Positions 47,210 to 53,366 of a DNA stretch of 53,366 nt are shown here, in pieces (the first letter of the stretch is position 1; each line of letters opens with the position of its first letter). Origin of the DNA: a virus. Lineage: Duplodnaviria; Caudoviricetes. The DNA lies in the IMG/VR virus record IMGVR_UViG_3300017747_004654, positions 1-53,366 of that record. One strand, written 5' to 3'. Below the pieces are notes generated by a model. The model was not told where the DNA came from and did no database searches. It saw only the letters and a list, made by a program, of their open reading frames with translations. A program made the translations under genes and the position numbers.

Positions 47210-47218
47210 ATATTTATA
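47210..47218 (+). promoter_or_regulatory. Late-type motif ATATTTATA
   Basis: Exact motif upstream of nrdB. Confidence 0.5.
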
Positions 47219-47251
47219 TTCATAACTGAAAGAAAAATTAATATAAAACAT

Positions 47252-48205
47252 ATGGCAATAACTGAACCTCGTCTTTATTATAAACCTTTTGAATATGAAA
47301 CAGCGTTTGAATATTATAAAAACCAACATCGTGCTCATTGGTTAGCTGATGAAGTACCTTTAGCATCTGATTTAAATGATTGGAAACTTAAACTAAATGA
47401 ATCCGAAAAAAACTTAATTGGAAACATTTTAAAATCATTTGCTCAAACAGAAGTACATGTTAATGATTATTGGTCAACAAAAGTATCAATTTGGTTTCCT
47501 AAACCTGAAATTCAAGCAATGGCTCGTGTATTTGCTGATTTTGAATCGATTCATGCTGAAGCATATGCTCGTTTAAATGAAGAATTAGGTTTAGATGATT
47601 TTAGAGCGTTTTTAGAAGATGAAGTATCAAAAGCTAAAATTGATCGTTTAATTGAGGTACCTGGAGAAACATTAGAGGAAAGAGCATTATCATTAGCTAT
47701 ATTCTCAGCGTTTACTGAAGGTGTAAATTTATTTAGTTCATTTGCAATATTGATGAGTTTTCAATTAAGAAACTTAATGAAGGGCACAGGTCAAATTGTC
47801 GCTTGGAGTGTTCGAGATGAGTCATTGCATTCAAAAGCAGGATGCTGGCTATTTAAAACATTACTTCAGGAACAACCAGAACTAGATACCCCAGAATTAA
47901 GAAGTAAAGTTGTAGAAGCATGTGAATTATCAATTCAGTTAGAGTTTGACTTTATTGAGAAAGCATTTGAGATGGGTGATATTGATGGTTTAACTAAAGA
48001 CCAATTAAAAAACTTTATTAAAGCAAGAGCAAATGAAAAACTAGTAGAACTAGGGTACAGTGGGGTATATAATGACATTGATCCATCTTTACTTAAACAA
48101 ATAGAGTGGTTTGGACATTTAACTAATGGAGTTGAACATCAAGACTTCTTTGCAGGTCGAGTAACAAGTTATTCAAAATCAACAGCAGATTGGGACGATT
48201 TATAA
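47252..48205 (+). CDS. nrdB: Ribonucleotide reductase class I beta subunit
   Basis: W...EV....D..DW, ESIHAEAY (radical Tyr), EGV.LFSSF, RDESLH, DFF..RVT.Y. Confidence 0.95.
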   Translation: MAITEPRLYYKPFEYETAFEYYKNQHRAHWLADEVPLASDLNDWKLKLNESEKNLIGNILKSFAQTEVHVNDYWSTKVSIWFPKPEIQAMARVFADFESIHAEAYARLNEELGLDDFRAFLEDEVSKAKIDRLIEVPGETLEERALSLAIFSAFTEGVNLFSSFAILMSFQLRNLMKGTGQIVAWSVRDESLHSKAGCWLFKTLLQEQPELDTPELRSKVVEACELSIQLEFDFIEKAFEMGDIDGLTKDQLKNFIKARANEKLVELGYSGVYNDIDPSLLKQIEWFGHLTNGVEHQDFFAGRVTSYSKSTADWDDL

Positions 48206-48215
48206 AATAAATACC

Positions 48216-48893
48216 ATGAAATTACTAGACATATTATTAGAAACATATAAAGAAGAATATAAATTAAATCTTAAAGAGGGTTTAATTAAAACTACTAATA
48301 TTGGTAAAACATTAAATCTTTTAGAAAAAAAATATTCATCAAAATTTATATTTACTAGAAGTAAAAATTCATTTTATATTAAAACATTTAGTACAAATAT
48401 TAATACTTTATTAAATGATATTATTAAAGACGCAGATACTTTAGGATGGTTTCCTTCATTTATGGAAACTGAAAAATATACAGGACAGTGGGATAAAAAA
48501 TATTTTAAAGAAGGTGAAATTAAATTAAGATTTGAAGCTAAATTTGATGAAGAAATAGTTGAAAATATTCCTTCTATTTTATATCATATTACTCCTACAC
48601 AAAATGTTAATAAAATTTTAAATATAGGGTTAGTACCTAAATCAAGATCAAAAGCATCATATCATCCTGATAGAGTTTATTTATCTAAAGATTTAGAAGA
48701 TATAGAAGATTTAGGAGAAATGTTTTATCAAAAGACAGGAATAAAAAACTGGACAATATTAAAAATAGAGACAGATATGGTTCCTGGAGGATATTTAAAA
48801 CTATATACTGATCCAAATTATAAATTAGGGTATTATACTTTAAACAATATCCCACCGCAAGCAATAGAAAAAATTAAAGAAATAAATTTATGA
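48216..48893 (+). CDS. Tpt1/KptA-like ADP-ribosyltransferase-fold protein with a putative capsid-targeting leader
   Basis: LYHIT....KIL..GL.P.SR.....RVYLS, ILKI, IPPQAI; MKLLDILLE leader. Confidence 0.65.
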   Translation: MKLLDILLETYKEEYKLNLKEGLIKTTNIGKTLNLLEKKYSSKFIFTRSKNSFYIKTFSTNINTLLNDIIKDADTLGWFPSFMETEKYTGQWDKKYFKEGEIKLRFEAKFDEEIVENIPSILYHITPTQNVNKILNIGLVPKSRSKASYHPDRVYLSKDLEDIEDLGEMFYQKTGIKNWTILKIETDMVPGGYLKLYTDPNYKLGYYTLNNIPPQAIEKIKEINL

Positions 48894-50611
48894 GCACAGT
48901 AGATACAAGTAAGTGGGTTAAAGGAAAAAACTACCCTGAATGGATGGATGACATCGCAGTAAGCATGATTTCAAAAGGTTATTTATTGCCTGATGAAGAT
49001 GTTTTTGATGCGTATAAACGAGTTAGTAAAGCAGCATCCCGTAGATTAAAACGTAAAGATTTACAACCATTCTTTTACGAAGCAATAGTTAAAAATTGGT
49101 TATGCTTAGCCTCACCTATTTTATCAAATATGGGTACTGAACGTGGAATGCCCATTTCATGTTTTGGCATTAATGTTGGAGACAGCATTGAAGGTATTGC
49201 AGATGCAAATTCAGAATTAATGCGATTATCATCTCAAGGTGGAGGTGTTGGAATTGGTTTATCTCGTATTAGAGGACGAGGTAAATCTATTAAAGATAAT
49301 GGAGTAAGTGAAGGTGTTGTACCTTGGGCTAAAATATATGATTCAACTATTCTAGCTACAAACCAAGGTTCAGTTCGTAGAGGTGCAGCTTCAATTAATT
49401 TATCTATTAACCACCCAGATATCGAAGAATTTTTAGGTATTCGCCGTCCAAAAGGTGATGTTAATAGACAATGTTTAAATTTACATCAATGTGTTGTTAT
49501 TGATGATGAATTCATGAATAAATTAGAAAATGGAGATTCTAGAGCTAAAAAGTTGTGGGGTGAAATTTTAAAAACACGCCTTGAAACTGGTGAACCGTAT
49601 ATTATGTTTGAGGACAATATGAACAATGCAAATCCTGAAGCATATAAAAACAATAATTTAAAAGTTGAATTTACAAATATATGTTCAGAAATTGCACTCT
49701 ATAGTGATGAACTCCACTCATTCATCTGCTGTCTATCTTCATTAAATTTAGCTCGTTGGGATGAATGGAAAGATTATAAATTTGAAAACGGAATGACTCT
49801 CCCTGAATTAACTTGCTGGTTTCTAGAAGGCGTATTACAGGAATTCATTGATAGAGCTAAAAATATGAAATTCATGGAAAACACAGTCCGCTCAGCCACT
49901 AAAGGTAGAGCAATAGGAATTGGCGTTTTAGGATGGCATACATTTTTACAACAAAAAGGAATACCATTTGTAGGCATTCAAGCAAGTGCACAAACAAGAA
50001 TTATATCAGAATTTATATATAACGAAGCATTAAAAGCAAGCAGAAAACAAGCAGAACTTTATGGTGAACCAGAATGGTGTAAAGGAACAGGTTTGAGACA
50101 TACCCACCACATTGCTATTGCCCCAACAGTTTCAAATGCTCATATTTCAGGAGGTGTATCACCTTCAATTGAACCTATTCCTGCAAATGTATATAATTTA
50201 AAAACTGCAAAAGGTGTTTTTATTAAATGTAATAAAATTTTAGAAGCGTTACTTGAGAAAAAAGGATACAATATTGATAGTGTTTGGGATCAAATTTTAA
50301 AAGATCAAGGATCTGTTTTAGGTTTACCTGATTATATTTTAACTAATGAAGAAAAAGAAATATTTTTAACTTTCAAAGAAATTAATCAATTAGAAATTGT
50401 AAAACAGAATGGTATTAGACAAAAATATGTTGATCAAGCTATTTCATTAAATTTATGCTTCGATCCAAATGATACTCCAAAATGGATTTCCCAAGTACAT
50501 AAAGAGGCTTGGAAACAAGGTATTAAAACATTGTATTATTTACGTACTGAAAGTGTGTTGAGAGGAGACAATTTACAACGTTTAGCAGATTGTGTTGCCT
50601 GTGAAAGTTAA
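48890..50611 (+). CDS. nrdA: Ribonucleotide reductase class I alpha subunit (no ATP cone)
   Basis: SP.L.N.G, ISCF, GGGVG, RRGA, TNICSEI, APT.S, KTLYY, C-terminal CVAC. Confidence 0.95.
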   Translation: MSTVDTSKWVKGKNYPEWMDDIAVSMISKGYLLPDEDVFDAYKRVSKAASRRLKRKDLQPFFYEAIVKNWLCLASPILSNMGTERGMPISCFGINVGDSIEGIADANSELMRLSSQGGGVGIGLSRIRGRGKSIKDNGVSEGVVPWAKIYDSTILATNQGSVRRGAASINLSINHPDIEEFLGIRRPKGDVNRQCLNLHQCVVIDDEFMNKLENGDSRAKKLWGEILKTRLETGEPYIMFEDNMNNANPEAYKNNNLKVEFTNICSEIALYSDELHSFICCLSSLNLARWDEWKDYKFENGMTLPELTCWFLEGVLQEFIDRAKNMKFMENTVRSATKGRAIGIGVLGWHTFLQQKGIPFVGIQASAQTRIISEFIYNEALKASRKQAELYGEPEWCKGTGLRHTHHIAIAPTVSNAHISGGVSPSIEPIPANVYNLKTAKGVFIKCNKILEALLEKKGYNIDSVWDQILKDQGSVLGLPDYILTNEEKEIFLTFKEINQLEIVKQNGIRQKYVDQAISLNLCFDPNDTPKWISQVHKEAWKQGIKTLYYLRTESVLRGDNLQRLADCVACES

Positions 50612-50625
50612 ACAATATAAATTTT

Positions 50626-51261
50626 ATGAAAGTTCATTATATTTGGATAGGTACTGAAGAAATACCTTTTAAATATTTAGATAATTTTAAAAAATGTACT
50701 TCTCTAAATCCAATTTTTTCATTTCAAATATGGAAAAATCACGATTGTATTAATATATTAGATGAATATGGACTATCAAATTATTGGTTAGAATTAACAT
50801 TTATTTGTAAATGTAATTTATTAAAATATTTAATATTACATAAATTCGGAGGAATATATACCGATTTTGATATAACATGGAAAATATCTTTTACAAAAAT
50901 ATTAAATGATTTTAATTTTGGATATAATGATTTAATATTAACGGTTTTAGATAATAATCCTATCAACATAAATAATAATTTAGTAGATTTATTAGATGAC
51001 CCATTTATAGTAAGTAAACCAAACATTTTAGGAGCATGTATTAATTATTGTAAAAATAGAAATAAATTAAAATACGATGGAGATTTTTTCATAAAAAATA
51101 AACAGTTAAAAATACATGATTTAGAACCTATAGGTCCTTTTGGACTAACAGAATGGATATATTTTAATAATATTAAATTTTCAAGTTTCCATCAATCTAT
51201 GTTATTAGATAAAAATGGATATTTTGGAAAACATGAACAAAAAACAATTTGGAAAAGTTAA
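50626..51261 (+). CDS. DXD glycosyltransferase (GT32/OCH1-like)
   Basis: HYIWIG, YLIL..FGGIYTDFD, GPF.LT. Confidence 0.8.
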   Translation: MKVHYIWIGTEEIPFKYLDNFKKCTSLNPIFSFQIWKNHDCINILDEYGLSNYWLELTFICKCNLLKYLILHKFGGIYTDFDITWKISFTKILNDFNFGYNDLILTVLDNNPININNNLVDLLDDPFIVSKPNILGACINYCKNRNKLKYDGDFFIKNKQLKIHDLEPIGPFGLTEWIYFNNIKFSSFHQSMLLDKNGYFGKHEQKTIWKS

Positions 51262-51283
51262 ATTTATTTCATATATTTAAAAT

Positions 51284-52096
51284 ATGCACAAAATAAAAGT
51301 ATTTCATGAAGCCCCATTATCATTAATGGATAAAATCCAACAACACACTGATGGTGATTATTGTCTTCCTCATTTAATAGATAAACACCCAGAATATGAA
51401 TATTATTTTATTAGAGCTAAAACATTAAATAGATATATTTTAATGGATAATTCTCTTCATGAATTAGGAGTACCATATTCTGAAGATAGATTGTTTCATT
51501 GGTTAGAAGTATTACAACCTAATGAATTTTTTGTTCCTGATTATTGGCAAGATAAAAATAAATCTGTAGTTTCTGCTAAAACATGGATAAATTATGAAAA
51601 AAACTATTCTAATACTAAATTTATAGCTGTAGTACAAGCAGACAATGTAACTGAAGCAATAGAATGTTTTCAAATTTATAAAGATTTGGGATATAAAAAA
51701 ATTGCTTTATCATATGGAGCAAATTGGTATAAAGATATATCTCCATTAGCTGAATTTAACAACAACCATTTAGATTTAGCAAAAATGTTGGGGAGAATTG
51801 AATTTATTAAAATATTATATTCAAAAGGATTATTAACAGATAATGATAATATTCATTTATTAGGTTGTTCTTTACCTCAAGAATTCGTACATTACCACGA
51901 TAAAAAAGCTATAAAATCTATAGATACTTCTAACCCAATAATATCAGCATATGAAGGATTAAAATATAGTGATACGGGATTAAATATAAAACCAAAAACT
52001 AAAATAGATGAAATAATAGAAATTAATAAAGATAAAATTTTACCTGAATTATTAAATTATAATATTTCAATGTTTAGAAAAATAAATAAGTTATGA
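51284..52096 (+). CDS. TGT-fold protein (queuine tRNA-ribosyltransferase/DpdA-like)
   Basis: ILMDNS, VPD, AVVQ, IHLLG, SIDTS motifs; adjacent to queC. Confidence 0.55.
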   Translation: MHKIKVFHEAPLSLMDKIQQHTDGDYCLPHLIDKHPEYEYYFIRAKTLNRYILMDNSLHELGVPYSEDRLFHWLEVLQPNEFFVPDYWQDKNKSVVSAKTWINYEKNYSNTKFIAVVQADNVTEAIECFQIYKDLGYKKIALSYGANWYKDISPLAEFNNNHLDLAKMLGRIEFIKILYSKGLLTDNDNIHLLGCSLPQEFVHYHDKKAIKSIDTSNPIISAYEGLKYSDTGLNIKPKTKIDEIIEINKDKILPELLNYNISMFRKINKL

Positions 52097-52593
52097 TAAA
52101 ATTAAAACTTATATATGAACAACTTTTAAAAGAGGTAGGAGATTTAGAAAATATTAAATCTTACCCTTATACTTCTAATAGTTTTTCTACGGATTTAGGT
52201 TTAAAAGCAAATGTTAGATTTCAAGAATATAATAATAGAGATATAGAAGCATTAAATCTTAATACTAAATATTATCAAGCCCCAATATTTAATGTTATTT
52301 TTGATATTGAAGGAGATGAAAACCAATTTATTAAAACAACATTAGATGAATATTTAAAAATAATTAAAACTGTAACTGAAATATGTGTTGATTTTATTAA
52401 AGAAAAAAATCCAAACGGATTAACATTTTTTGCAGCCTCTAAAAATAGAAATAATTTATTTAAAACTGATCCTCAAAAATCTAAATTTTATAAAGTTATA
52501 GTTATAAAACAATTAAGTAAAATTCAAGGATGGGGATTAATAAATTTATCATTAGATGATGAATTTGAAGGATTTATGATGTATAAAAAATAA
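52093..52593 (+). CDS. Hypothetical protein with a putative capsid-targeting leader
   Basis: MIKLKLIYEQLLKE leader; ATGA overlap. Confidence 0.55.
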   Translation: MIKLKLIYEQLLKEVGDLENIKSYPYTSNSFSTDLGLKANVRFQEYNNRDIEALNLNTKYYQAPIFNVIFDIEGDENQFIKTTLDEYLKIIKTVTEICVDFIKEKNPNGLTFFAASKNRNNLFKTDPQKSKFYKVIVIKQLSKIQGWGLINLSLDDEFEGFMMYKK

Positions 52594-52597
52594 AAAT

Positions 52598-53366
52598 ATG
52601 AAACAAAAACAAAAACACGCTGTACTCTCTTTAAGTGGAGGTATGGATTCAAGCACTTTGCTACTTCATCTGTTAGCTAATGGGTATGAAGTAACTTGTT
52701 TAAGTTTTGATTATGGACAAAAACATAAAGTTGAACTAGAACGAGCAACTGAATTAGTAAAATATTTAAATAAATGTCGTGAGGGAATAGAAGGTGAATT
52801 TCCAAATCAATTATCTTTATTTTTTAATTATTACCCTATTAAACATCAAATTATTAAATTAGATGGTTTATCTCAATTATTGAATTCATCATTAGTTGAA
52901 GGTGGTTCAGAAGTTCCTGAAGGACATTATGAAGATGAAAATATGAAAGCTACAGTTGTCCCTAACCGTAATATGATATTTAGTTCAATAGTTCAATCAG
53001 TAGCTTTATCAATAGCAACTAAAAATAATTCAAATTGTATTATAGCTTTAGGCCTGCACAGTGGAGATCACGCCGTTTATCCTGATACTACAGAAGAATT
53101 TAGGAAATCTTGCTTAGAAACATTTAGAATAGGAAATTGGGAATCTCATTTAGTAGATTATTACACTCCATATATGGATACTGATAAATTTGGTATTTTA
53201 GAAGATGGGGAACATTGTTGTAAACAATTAGGTTTAGATTTTGATGAAGTTTATAAAAGAACGAATACAAGTTACAAACCAATTAAAATAGCATCTAATG
53301 CAACTAATCATTATATAGCTTCTGATCCTCACCCAACAAATTGTCAGTATAAATGGTATTCTGATT
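52598..53366 (+). CDS. queC: 7-cyano-7-deazaguanine synthase, truncated by the window end and absent from the ORF track
   Basis: Manual translation MKQKQKHAVLSLSGGMDSSTLL, FDYGQKH, VPEGHY, TVVPNRN, HSGDHAVYPD. Confidence 0.92.
   Translation, partial: MKQKQKHAVLSLSGGMDSSTLLLHLLANGYEVTCLSFDYGQKHKVELERATELVKYLNKCREGIEGEFPNQLSLFFNYYPIKHQIIKLDGLSQLLNSSLVEGGSEVPEGHYEDENMKATVVPNRNMIFSSIVQSVALSIATKNNSNCIIALGLHSGDHAVYPDTTEEFRKSCLETFRIGNWESHLVDYYTPYMDTDKFGILEDGEHCCKQLGLDFDEVYKRTNTSYKPIKIASNATNHYIASDPHPTNCQYKWYSD

Noticed and set aside
495-51026. All minus-strand ORFs in the track (e.g. 495-725, 3983-4252, 13023-13322, 34092-34520)
   Set aside because: They are antisense shadows of strong + strand genes, with low-complexity Ser/Phe/Ile translations and no promoters or motifs
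1-53366. Stop-codon reassignment as in some Bacteroidota phages
   Set aside because: Core genes are intact under code 11, and TAG ends genes at sensible positions (3547, 4565, 27457)
1-53366. tRNA genes, CRISPR arrays, or DGR template/variable repeats
   Set aside because: No cloverleaf, repeat-spacer array or reverse transcriptase was seen; intergenic gaps are short and largely explained by terminators and promoters

Overview
A 53 kb, very AT-rich segment of a large T4-like myovirus with all credible genes on the + strand. The host is probably a Bacteroidota species: there are no Shine-Dalgarno sequences and several (T/C)TTG-N20-TATATT host-type promoters. Gene order: accessory genes (HslV-like protease; an FAD oxidoreductase split around a GIY-YIG endonuclease cassette); head module (terminase, portal, prohead protease, scaffold, major capsid); amidinotransferase, PSD-like decarboxylase and PhoH; fibres and adhesin; neck, sheath, tube, a frameshifted tail chaperone, tape measure and baseplate; replication genes (compact PolA, gp32, RecA, 5'-3' exonuclease, helicase, nrdB, nrdA); and the start of a glycosyltransferase/TGT-like/QueC 7-deazaguanine cluster. 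The best candidate for an undescribed system is a modular capsid-cargo tagging system. The scaffold's C-terminal peptide (KFQKLAGII) and a family of short Glu-terminated N-terminal leaders are attached to unrelated proteins across the window (two ADP-ribosyltransferase-fold proteins, a kinase, an AT-hook/wHTH protein), suggesting a packaged and injected effector set. Other signals: an ATATTTATA upstream motif, a +1/-2 frameshift site, two structured intergenic RNAs, helically phased CGC/GCG islands, and an [ST]GS tripeptide largely confined to exterior virion proteins. All functional calls come from motif recognition by eye; no database searches were run.
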